This document shows positions 60,401 through 64,000 of a stretch of 64,000 nt of DNA, piece after piece. The stretch lies in the NCBI GenBank assembly GCA_049325335.1, contig JBMOMC010000038.1, forward strand, positions 1 through 64,000, read 5' to 3'. This stretch comes from Nitrospirota bacterium. Its GTDB lineage: Bacteria; Nitrospirota; Nitrospiria; 2-01-FULL-66-17. Position 1 is the first letter of the stretch, and every line of letters starts with the position of its first letter. Position numbers and translations under genes: made by a program. The notes beneath the pieces are model-generated. The model did no database searches and had not been told where the DNA came from. It saw only the letters and a list, made by a program, of their open reading frames with translations.

Positions 60401-60608
60401 CCCGAAGGTAAAATTCACGTACGACTACGCGCCAAAGGAAGATGGGGGAAAGACCGTCACCTGGACCGCGACGGTCACGGTGGCCGGAGATATCGACCTA
60501 GTCAACAACACGGCCGGACCGGACCACACCAGGGGCAAGAGCTGTCAGCCCGATAAGCCACACGATCGTGACAAGGACCAATCAACCGATCATCACGAGA
60601 AATGGTAG
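42408..60608 (+). CDS. ~6066-aa giant secreted multidomain surface protein (HExxH peptidase-like, prenyltransferase-like alpha toroid, CARDB, FlgD-Ig, TolB-like propellers, FN3, PKD)
   Basis: Signal peptide (..SASA|Q); HEFAH; Q..DG[GS]W repeats; E..E.NN CARDB ends; four FSPN.DG motifs; WSPDG/SPDG repeats; FN3 W....GY.VYR repeats; ANAGPDQ PKD repeats. Confidence 0.92.
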   Translation: MSRTALHRAQAPRRALRAALAGWLTAVSWLTFAGSASAQSLYAKTVEDRSHVTVMEFGGVYDRQPEANRTYEQAVREAIAKEFFRTHADDYDMLVTFTRFPYALGTDGEGLRVGGRYYSIKNDVQGIGLDLFDYSAQAGSRGRLQGYIDMGQIDSRAADPTDPSFEETLSVLAHEFAHRWSAFAAFQDAGGARSMALLGRDGAHWSFLLNSQNSVMYGNEWRDNGDGTFTAVGRSRSFYSPLDLYLMGMLDRSQVPPFTLIDSPDVEPDRLPEVGATITGTARTVTIDDVIAALGERVPSAANAPKRFKLGFIFLVRPGETADGLELSRINAIRDGFATRMVILTGGKLIAEVYPDALPAAPDSPPAVLPPSSGARSTPTDLVQGVDWLLAQQAQDGAFRDTQATAVRDTANVLDLLREIPSTYLSHQRGLAWLTSLTAADNVDTVSRRTLALSPQYAAPDATFLIEAENALGGWGLRRGYLSDPLDTALALRALADVGQASGLLGRRIDVEIRGTRYLGVQPDIGLLLSTQNEDGGWGLKPGASSSILATAAVMRLGERYADSHLNAALASAFAWLSAQQRADGGFGDHASTPYETAEAALILLKTTFPKASLIAALDYLRGTQLADGSWNESVYQTALAIRALKTAELPNASVSASQIVMMPASPVEGQAVALRVHVANDGVQEFRDVVVRIFDGDPAAGGALIGSDVTIPLLPPLAQVPVEVVWDTTGLAGEHRIVVVVDPDNAIVEYNEADNRAEKTIVVRTPPVEPDLAVVTADLAFLPVFLQTIPQSEILSVRVTNNGQTAASGVVLRVYDGDPATTGVQVGETTVDVPGRGHAPASVSFDVTRTGSHRYWVVLDPTNAIVEADETNNRAAITLPVQSTLDFFVNPASVTLSQSPIALGTNLVVSATVGNSGTTDAFGVQLRVSLDDPAGAIDLGTQTLDLPSGAMRPVSITWRTSRAVTGAPVVIRIDADDRFPENSEANNAASVPLTVQGSTAPNLRVAYQDLVVSAPTDQGGTATISVPVSNNGFADATNVDVVFYEGAPEAGGVAIGATQRITSLAPGAQTLVSTTWGPIQAAGTRLITVVVDPVNALSEFDEEDNSAFVTAIVRSRPDLSVTGASLAFSPAFPRAGDVVAITASVSNLGDQPASNVRARFFDGDPASGGAQIGTDQVIATIPGLGQGQVQAAYTASDLGTRAIWVQVDPLNEIVEQSEANNNASKTLGVQDASLYFSNVYFSPNGDGVQDSTDLFFRLDGAQSVSSVRILNRHGGLVQTASMPTPAPSSGSVPWDGTDDLGKVVADGEYTFVLVAPDGRDLASARAVVDNNALSVMDAFGTKYLLENNLTCQRRILIGDGYVVPYYEAGWLADDTGLVTWVPTMAVTTFYHWSIFGTYTIYAFSEEPVGVYVTAPDGASRRVTPDSWAIHQPAGDGTQILDVKISPDQQKVLIATYRYRINGYPYGGYNQFQVTSPVEYWVVNIDGSGLVRVVSASGSTATAQWAPDSTKFLFYNYDRNSADHANIHIVAADGSGETSFVWRDPAINDQSFNHAAWSKDGSRVLYSVLDVQPATAPVYANRVYAVNPDGTGKVVVGTSEIYGFGNLYGVIWLANDRFAMPTQGVMTPDGYFTYGNMEYGLWLFSTTGDAPQPLTPGISNISGEIAPSPDQRSIAFVGYGCGVNCDGGGNQTSTGIWRVGVEGRPEQVYAPTPDNQGIGFLKWSPDGSRLAFREIVITHVEYCDDGEGGEYFCGQGFPAAGIIDLADRSTNLIPLSPPGERYSWSDFQILGLFPEGDTVLIRDPASLTAWSPSVGRQTILPVDAYTWLNDARFTPSGKYLLYGSRRESFDASAPCWKGSYSVDTFAMTSLLNLTAQMTFQRQGSQIVIRGIAEDRNFADYRLEYAPVTAPTAWSPIGEPSEVPVINGELGRWIPPSEGAFFVRLLARDRAGNLAQARKRITWGLAPSITNVTVTPRMFSPNNDGSGDSVTINYLVLGPVHLEFAIYDGADRLVRTITQDHAVIGPASIAWDGRDDAGNFVTDGGYRIHVMDFDFFVTADSTPPSTALAIGNGFHTVPDRYECSDSGGARVCALRPGPLVEEPYRLLTGHAVDAELAHWTLEVGEGVNPSAWTVVDEGTGDAALRDARGNIFTPVQDAVLRRIERSEEAVNRKYRLTAVDQAGNRSVTLADLAPEEVILYAWDSLAVSTERILEQTPGSHLLSIEQTVRAPLSSLVVQYRLLGTTLWVDGAAVSLPGPRVNLPWNNSGLVPGRTYQVRVVGTDLDGRQLVSNMMAIHSNLFVMTGIDDETQVTQGIASLVDTLTEVRLVTAVGAEADIGTSVLTAPIPIDIAIAVNTSKLCEDRIPSIPVRYRGVGASGTVYYSNTLVAQGRCPGLMGGGLGVDGALRLEARTYPAPACGAPTPGSVQITLSSTGLVMDATLAVQSEPNGPLVDIPVSGLPFQTQIDTRTRPEGTYLVRAHGRLFRSDGDTADVSATARFIVDRVAPTAAITYPATNQLLCPIITTDRPVVAIEGIAEDANFDHYEVEFGVGESPTQWSPITQAAGQTIDTRAPRRGILANWDVTGLPGGTYTLRLNVYDQGGNLVCVTVTFTLADPMRVSNVTPDRRLFSPNGDGVYDSIAVAYQLNKTASVQARVYPVVNGQVGAMPVRSLLNNVQEAEGTSSVIWDGATDVGARAPDGVYAVVVTATDACGVIASASAQVEVDATPPDAAIESPLTTDVLPVIVEVLGIATDAHFERYRLEVWPDADPASVRLVAGTGTQVRSGRLGMWNTLGRGGAYTLRLTVTDFAGNHRESTVSVMVSQLDPLISSLAATPALFSPNGDGRLDTVVAEYGLTEDAVVVIDVLDAADAVIGTLVDATALRGIAQANWNGLSDAGAPAPDGTYRIRLRATGVADPTRTQTETVRVVIDATPPTVTPTTPADNTFLASAPVLAGTLSDLNLERYEITYGGNGPRLVFDEGTDNRDGVTFGPLAGLSDGPYSLTWSATDLAGNATERTTAFTLDTTSPAVTLTAPSDNAVVGGTVSNVEVRGSAGDVNLAEWTLRVGAGTDPATWTTLASGTAEPASDLLVTWDTTSVPDGTYTLSLIATDRAGTSAETRRAVVVDNTAPTANLSYPIDGATISTRVNLVGTAMDEHFVSALIEISAGDSGSAFQFAPMAVLSQAVDDDELTSWGTGTWPADGTYTLRLTVQDTVGLTTARSITVHLDTQPPDPPIDLTAQVETRDDVRLIWTASPSLDAIGYYVYRGGARITAAPVVGTTYLDQDLSDGAHRYTVTAVDQGGLESEPSNEARVAVDLTPPAVRIATPTNNAVVGGLVDIRGIAASDDFREYRILVGDGVAPASFTLVRRSPVPVTNGTLSEWDSVGRSESSLVTIRLEAEDLAGNVGMHQIAVTIDNLPPAAPTIISAAATGSDIAVEWSANTETDLAGYLLYNNDVVANVRRIVTGSVTPYLLSATTFADLGLPDGTYRYVVFALDQAGNYSDPSNTMTVTVETRPPRATIVSPATGTRTQTAVTLVATSPDQDVASVQFQFRAEAEVTWTDLGAPRAFTPYQTVWDPTGLPYGSYQFRAVATDVNINTDPAPPEITIIHQDLTPPGAPTGLAARVTESNLDLTWAANNETDLAGYHVYLVVPGSAPMRITPSPVLQPLLNRPDMSDENYTFTVTAVDSSGNESAPSSPAQARVYVVGLSAPEACVTGTETVVTGTGVTPGSVVTLYREDPAGGVLIGTATAGTDGSVQFAGVILPPGPQPLSAQAIDPAGNVSRRAVSTTVELAPIPGAPTGLAAGVAGYDVSLTWDPGGPSVSGYHVFRGATPLVIGTTPIRVAGSPLASSWSNYSYYGPSRAWDESLSTFWIPASWDPAPVWQVDFYQSHLVAGIRLQWYSDASMVYGPISFNVQAWSHDTWITVQTFTGGAPADNVVVFPSPIETIRLRVVMTTWQYSPAYLYLAEAQILGPNYLVTGTSFTDPGVPDGQHAYRLVAVNACSVEGPASELTTAVGDVTAPGAPIDLTATATGSDVALSWTTPADPDVAGYIVYRDVGGAWTRLNPTPVPAMNYVDPVLPNGTYRYRVIAVDTVGNQSAPSNEAQASVNVPLPSGPLALAVTAPLGGGRLDLAWSPGDPTQSILGYRVYRSTVAGGPYVDVGQSVATTYADQTVTNGTTYYYVVRAADAAGNESAASNESSGTPRDTLTPEPPVLLFPTDAAHPIIVTDDVTLVGGTAEPGAVVRLLNEGISLGATTALSAHDVETVALPTFPNGAVAVSAADAQVAYFGWHDGASAYVLTIVNADSGDVTYVAAAADGSSPVFTPDGSRIAYARYDGAGPSGYGLFVYDLGTGSISRESDLPGGMSDPAFSSDGDKLAFSYNSQIWAVDLTAASPDADQVTSEPDSTYTPLWSNDGATIFYITYADTAWALRRLDTATGIATDVAFQVGTSRFSLSRDGATLAYESVQSGRPELWLYDVASGAQTPVPPGDEGRYAPLLAADGASIVYISEPSGEPFQLRRLDPATGASELLATDSGGNPPSWTAGGSLLMPRDNTLLHVRTAGSFQFNGVGLAAGDNVFSAIAIDAAGNPSAPADPITVTLDVSARPDLAVTTADVFAYPLMPTPTERVRVAATIRNAGASAATNVEVVLYALAPSGALAQIGPLRTIPALAPGASSVVSADWLSPATGGRYTLVVVVDPVGTIAEVSETNNTARRDVLLVSAGGAPTVSVRTDHTSYSPSGRVYAFVEAANPGVAADFDLEVTIEDEAGFTAATLLRQRLAGFGYAVRSFAVDWSAVGVYGGAYRARARLVPASGPAIEAAAAFVIETDAQAAASVSTDRSLYQAGDLVSISGLVRNTSVNADLADLVAVIEVIDAGGTVVSRTEQAVARLLLGGQARVQAQWASRPGVLTARLRVMGPSGDLAAASAPFSVLGVVRLEGQVLATPAVIAIGEAFTIAASASNSGTLDANAVALRLRVASAGSQAVVRTFDRVVDLPAGSSRPWQVGSDAAGLAPGAYTVTLEAVGTSVQSLANGALNVADRVAPTVSILTPSAGAFSNADVAFSARAADDASGVDRVEYRVDNGPWTRLPIADLAFGRYATLFPGSPTTEGAHTLTVRAFDNAGNGDETSSSDANPVSVVFTIDVTPPSIDIAGVVDGVTYGSAVTPMIAVTDANLATQSTLLNGAAFTSGTQIGNEGSHVLTVTATDLAGNASSREMRFVISATSNQPPTALDDHYDVQEGAALGSLPPGVLANDLDADDPTSSLVAVMVTPPANGTFTLGSDGGFAYGPNPGFSGTDQFIYRAQDPHGAQSNLAVVTITVIPNPRFTLRASAAPLRGSLVVEPAGTPAICVVGDLCFTYNAGQQVTLTVAAATGFVFTGWTGDCAGQDNPCLLTMDADQNATAQLNAIPAANAGPDQTVQVTNTVTLDGGASTDADGDSLTFEWSVVSRPVGSAAVLSDSIAVNPAFYVDRPGAYVLSLVVRDGVSASEPDTVTITTTNSAPVANAGPDQTARVTDTVRLDGGGSSDVDGDPLAFRWTITAMPLGSLATLSDPSVVAPTFRVDLPGEYVVELVVHDGAVDSAPDGIRISTENTAPVAIARASGPVRVAETVLLDGGDSFDVDGDPLTFRWALTVRPADSAAVLSDATAVAPTFVADVAGAYVAQLIVTDGAVDSPPVTVSVTTENTLPVADAGPDQTVPVGATATLDGAGSFDADGNSLTYRWALTVQPAGSAAVLSDPTAPSPSFVVDRSGTYVAQLIVNDGTVESAPDTVTLTTVNSAPVANAGADQTVAVGSVVQLDGGGSSDADGDALTYQWALTVQPAGSTAAISDPSATRPTFTADQAGTYVAQLMVGDGLLTSSPDTVTITATSAPSPCKDDEDEWDGTDHDKDDHGNGTGHDKNDHKGKYHKGRHQDCDPERRVDLALADLDAPETTNACQQRARIYLTVHNLGNRTEQAMVTLYKDGQLVKVWTDVKISPKKDHGEDPKVKFTYDYAPKEDGGKTVTWTATVTVAGDIDLVNNTAGPDHTRGKSCQPDKPHDRDKDQSTDHHEKW
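58660..60055 (+). repeat. five tandem 93-aa PKD/K319L-like repeats (279-bp period)
   Basis: Equivalent codons at 58674, 58953, 59232, 59511 and 59790, exactly 279 bp apart. Confidence 0.9.
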
Positions 60609-60669
60609 TCGTTGCGCGGAACGCCCGCTCATTTGAATCTGGGGAGAAGCGTCGAAGGTCTATGCGAGA

Positions 60670-61833
60670 TCATGTCGATCCGGTCGTGATATCGCCTTGA
60701 CGCTGATGCGCGAAACATTCGGGGCAAATGCCGTGGCTGAACGCGGCCTCGGTGTGATCGTGTAAATACACTTCAAGTTGATCCCAGGATCCCGCGTCGT
60801 TTCGGATTTTCTTACACCAGGCGCAAATAGGGATCATGCCGCGAAGAGTTTTGATTTCGTGGAGCGACTGTTCGAGCTGCTCGATAAGGGTGCCTTTGAC
60901 CTCTTCCCCTCGTGTACGCTCCACCAACACCGCAGCCAGGACCAAGGCCGTGACTGCCAGCACGCCGATGAACGTTTGTAGCAACAAGAGGGACTCATAC
61001 AGCGTGTTCTGGACAAATGGGCCGTGATGGTGAACCGTGCCCCAAATAGCGATTCCCGACATCAACACCAGGCCGGCCGTGGCGCCGTGTTGCCCGAAGC
61101 GGAATGTCGCCAACACTAGGAGGGGAACGGTTATATAGGCCAGGGCGCTTGTGAGGGACTGCCACGGGCTCCATCCGCCGAAAATCAAGAGCCCCACGCT
61201 GACTAGGAGCACTGTCAGGAGACCGGTTTCGACGAGACGCCACGGGTCGGCGGCGATCCGGGGCGGCTGGTTCCAGATCAGAAGAAACGGGGTAACGACG
61301 AGGATTCCGACGGTGTCTCCGAGCCACCAGGTCCACCAGTCGAATCCAAACTTAGACAACGGGGCAAACCCGGCCAGAACCATGGTGGCGACCCCGACAG
61401 TGGAGGCCACAACGCATATGAGCGGCGCGATCCACACAAACTGGAACACGTGTCCGGCCCGATCAAATAAGCCGTTGCGACCGATCCAGTGCCGTAACAG
61501 GACGGCCCCCAGCAGGGCTTGCATGGTGGATCCGGCGGCGATGCCGGACGATACCGCGAGGTGCGTACGCAAAGAAAACGTGTTGGTGGGGTCGAAGAAA
61601 TCCCAGAAATTGGCCAAAAACGCTCCGACCCAGATGCCGGGCCAGACGCGGTACCCAACGAGCAGGACCGCGGCCAACGCGATCCCCGAGGGTGGCCATA
61701 CCGCCGTGGCCTTATATTCCGGCGGTAACGCCAGGGTCAGTCCGAGTCGTGCCGTGGCCACATAAATGGCTGCCGTGGCGAACAGGACAACGACGGGTTT
61801 CAACCGAGAAAACAACCTCAGTAGTCGCGACAT
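60670..61833 (-). CDS. MASE1 membrane sensor protein with C-terminal 4-Cys domain
   Basis: AVWPPSGIALAA, WW.GD..GIL..TP; C-terminal IPICAWCKKIR...FSHGICPEC. Confidence 0.88.
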   Translation of the reverse strand: MSRLLRLFSRLKPVVVLFATAAIYVATARLGLTLALPPEYKATAVWPPSGIALAAVLLVGYRVWPGIWVGAFLANFWDFFDPTNTFSLRTHLAVSSGIAAGSTMQALLGAVLLRHWIGRNGLFDRAGHVFQFVWIAPLICVVASTVGVATMVLAGFAPLSKFGFDWWTWWLGDTVGILVVTPFLLIWNQPPRIAADPWRLVETGLLTVLLVSVGLLIFGGWSPWQSLTSALAYITVPLLVLATFRFGQHGATAGLVLMSGIAIWGTVHHHGPFVQNTLYESLLLLQTFIGVLAVTALVLAAVLVERTRGEEVKGTLIEQLEQSLHEIKTLRGMIPICAWCKKIRNDAGSWDQLEVYLHDHTEAAFSHGICPECFAHQRQGDITTGST

Positions 61834-62135
61834 GACGGTATTCTCCGCGATTGTTAGCGCGTCGGCCCGGCGTCCTTTTTAACGACGATTGAACCTACAA
61901 CAACGTCGGCGAGAAACGTGAGAAGGGCTGGGACATCGTGCGAGGAACAGTGAATCAATTCATGGTCATGACGGGCGTTGCATGGAGGTGGCGGCCGACT
62001 CAAGGCAGTCCTCCTCAGAGAGGGTGAGGCGCACCGTATTATAGTGGACGGCGTCTCGTGAGCTCAAGCCTCAGGCGAGGACAATGGACCAGTTACCGGT
62101 TCAGATAACGCCCTCGCGGAACAGTCCGTGTTCCT

Positions 62136-63161
62136 TTACGCCGCCAAGCGATCCGGCCGCCAGGCCAGACCCAGCATGAGGATGCGCCGCAGCAGCGCGT
62201 CGTACGAGAGGCGGACGGCCTTCGCGGACTCGGCGAAATCTTCGCCGTGGCCGATTTGGGGATTGGGGTTGGCTTCGAGGATGTAGACGTGGCCCTGCGC
62301 GTCAAGGCGCAGGTCCATGCGCGCGTACCCGGACAGGCCCAACACGCGATAGACGCGTTTGGCCAAGTGTTGGATGCGGTCGGGGAGGCCTTCGGGGAGG
62401 TCCGCGGCCACGCCTGACGCAATGCCGTACTTTTTCTGGTACGCCAGGCTCCATTTCACGCGCTGGGTGGCGATACGCGGGGCGTCATCTGGCATATGGC
62501 TCAGGTCTAACTCCCACACCGGGAACACCTGCAGCTTGTCGTTGCCCATCACGCCGACGTAGAGTTCGCGGCCTTCGATGTAGCGCTCCACGATCGCGGG
62601 CGTCTTCACGTGGTGGTGGATGAACGCCACGCGTTCGCGGAGCTTGTCGTCATCGGTCACGATCGAGGCTTGTGAGATCCCGAGCGAGGCTTCTTCGCAC
62701 ACGGATTTGACGATCAAGGGGAACTCCAGACGTTTGGGACGCAGGGGTTTGCGGCCGACCGGCACGACGATAAAATCGGGAAACGGGATACGGTGGTACG
62801 AGAGGACCTTTTTGGAAAGGCCCTTGTCGCGCGCAAGCATCAAGCCGCGCGGGTTGCACCCCGTATAGGGGATGCCCATCAGTTCGAGGAACGAGACCAC
62901 GTTCTGATCCCACAACACCACGTCGTTGAATTCTTCGAGCAGGTTGAACGCGATGTCGGGGTGGAATTCCTCGATCGACCGGCGCAACAGACCCAGGTCG
63001 CTGCGCACGCCGAGCGGCAGCACGGTATGTCCCATCCCGCGCAGGGTCGCCACGACCTCGTATTCGGTTTTCCACTCCGCCGCGTCCAGATCCGCGCCGC
63101 CGGCCGTCTCCGGCGGGATCAGATCTTCGTGCATCAACGCGACGATGCGCAGCTTCTTCAT
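62136..63161 (-). CDS. D-Ala-D-Ala ligase-like ATP-grasp protein
   Basis: PDIAFNLLE, IPYTG, DKGLSKK, FPLIVK...EASLGI, ERYIEGRE, YARMDLR, LEANPNP. Confidence 0.9.
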   Translation of the reverse strand: MKKLRIVALMHEDLIPPETAGGADLDAAEWKTEYEVVATLRGMGHTVLPLGVRSDLGLLRRSIEEFHPDIAFNLLEEFNDVVLWDQNVVSFLELMGIPYTGCNPRGLMLARDKGLSKKVLSYHRIPFPDFIVVPVGRKPLRPKRLEFPLIVKSVCEEASLGISQASIVTDDDKLRERVAFIHHHVKTPAIVERYIEGRELYVGVMGNDKLQVFPVWELDLSHMPDDAPRIATQRVKWSLAYQKKYGIASGVAADLPEGLPDRIQHLAKRVYRVLGLSGYARMDLRLDAQGHVYILEANPNPQIGHGEDFAESAKAVRLSYDALLRRILMLGLAWRPDRLAA

Positions 63162-64000
63162 AAGGCTACGCGGTGGCGCCCGCTATGCAGGTAGTTCATG
63201 GTCTGGACGGTCAGTAGGATGAGGAAATCCAGCTTCACCTCTTCGGGCGTTCCGGCGACCCGCAGGTCCAGTTCGCGACAGCGCGTGATCATGGATTCGA
63301 CGACCTTATCGATCGTGTATTGGTACGCGCCCGTCCATTCCGCCACGAGGCGTCGCGCCTCTTTACGGATGCGCGCGATGAACGCGGCTGCCCGCATGCC
63401 GTTGTGCGAGACCGTGTCGGCGGTGAAGAGTCGCTTGAGGTCCTGGTCGTAAAAGTGCGGATGTTCCAGCCCGTAGTGCGCGCGCCGCGCTTCATAGTGC
63501 TCGCGCAGGGTCTTGGTCAACGTCGGGAGGGGGTCCACCGTGTCCGTACGCGTTACCAGCGGCTGCGCCCCGGCCAGATCGCACATGAGGGCGTCCATGT
63601 ATTCGAGTTTCTTGAGCGCGGGCCATCCCGCGTACTGCGCGCGCCAATCAGATCGCGGGTTGAGCCACACCGCGAATGTCTCCGCGAAGTCTTCGTCCGG
63701 GTGGCTCTGCGCGTACCACAGGTCTAAGTGGAGGACGAACCGCTTGCTATAGGGTTTGGGCGTGTAATAGCGGGGGTACGGGACGTTGGATCGTCCGAAC
63801 AACTGTTTGCGTCGGGCGCGCAGCCGCAAACGGTACGCGTTTTCGATGGCATGCCCCACTTCGTGACGCAGAATCCTCATGCACCAATCGTGTGTTCCGC
63901 CTTCAACTTCAAGCATTTGTTGTAGTTCAAGTTTGGCGAGACGGGGATGGACCAGATAGAACGGGACCGCGATGCCGGGAATGCCGTCGGGCGTAAACCA
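63158..64000 (-). CDS. putative zinc-binding metallopeptidase (5' end beyond the window)
   Basis: HEVGH and YAQSHPDEDFAETF; the frame stays open to 64000 (WFTPDGIPGIAVPFYL.HPRL...); stop overlaps the ATP-grasp start. Confidence 0.88.
   Translation of the reverse strand, partial: WFTPDGIPGIAVPFYLVHPRLAKLELQQMLEVEGGTHDWCMRILRHEVGHAIENAYRLRLRARRKQLFGRSNVPYPRYYTPKPYSKRFVLHLDLWYAQSHPDEDFAETFAVWLNPRSDWRAQYAGWPALKKLEYMDALMCDLAGAQPLVTRTDTVDPLPTLTKTLREHYEARRAHYGLEHPHFYDQDLKRLFTADTVSHNGMRAAAFIARIRKEARRLVAEWTGAYQYTIDKVVESMITRCRELDLRVAGTPEEVKLDFLILLTVQTMNYLHSGRHRVAL

Overview
GC-rich bacterial chromosome segment; the gene set suggests Nitrospirota or a related Gram-negative lineage (inference). Left to right: (1) an integron integrase with an attI-like site and an ORF-less attC-like palindrome at the left edge, followed by an orphan Mu GemA-like gene; (2) a stress/dormancy-type cluster (DksA/TraR, HPF-CSD, NarX/NarL-type pair, CoA-binding protein, Hsp20, YbaK); (3) mixed housekeeping and signalling genes (CBS-GGDEF-EAL, DUF3386, ArsC, PuuD-like, LpxL, BolA, TsaC/YciO, MalQ); (4) a complete UBact/proteasome operon (arc-dop-ubact-prcB-prcA-pafA); (5) BtuF-like and ABC-2 genes, a doubly disrupted pseudogene, glutaminyl cyclase and xth; (6) a ~28.4-kb four-gene operon encoding a ~2980-aa transglutaminase-fold secreted protein, a parvulin PPIase, a small PilP/GspC-like protein and a ~6066-aa multidomain surface protein; (7) a MASE1 sensor and a Zn-peptidase/Ddl-like ATP-grasp pair that runs off the right edge. 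Several REP/REPIN/MITE-like palindromes sit between genes. No rRNA, tRNA or CRISPR array was recognised. All family assignments come from motif recognition by eye; no database searches were run.
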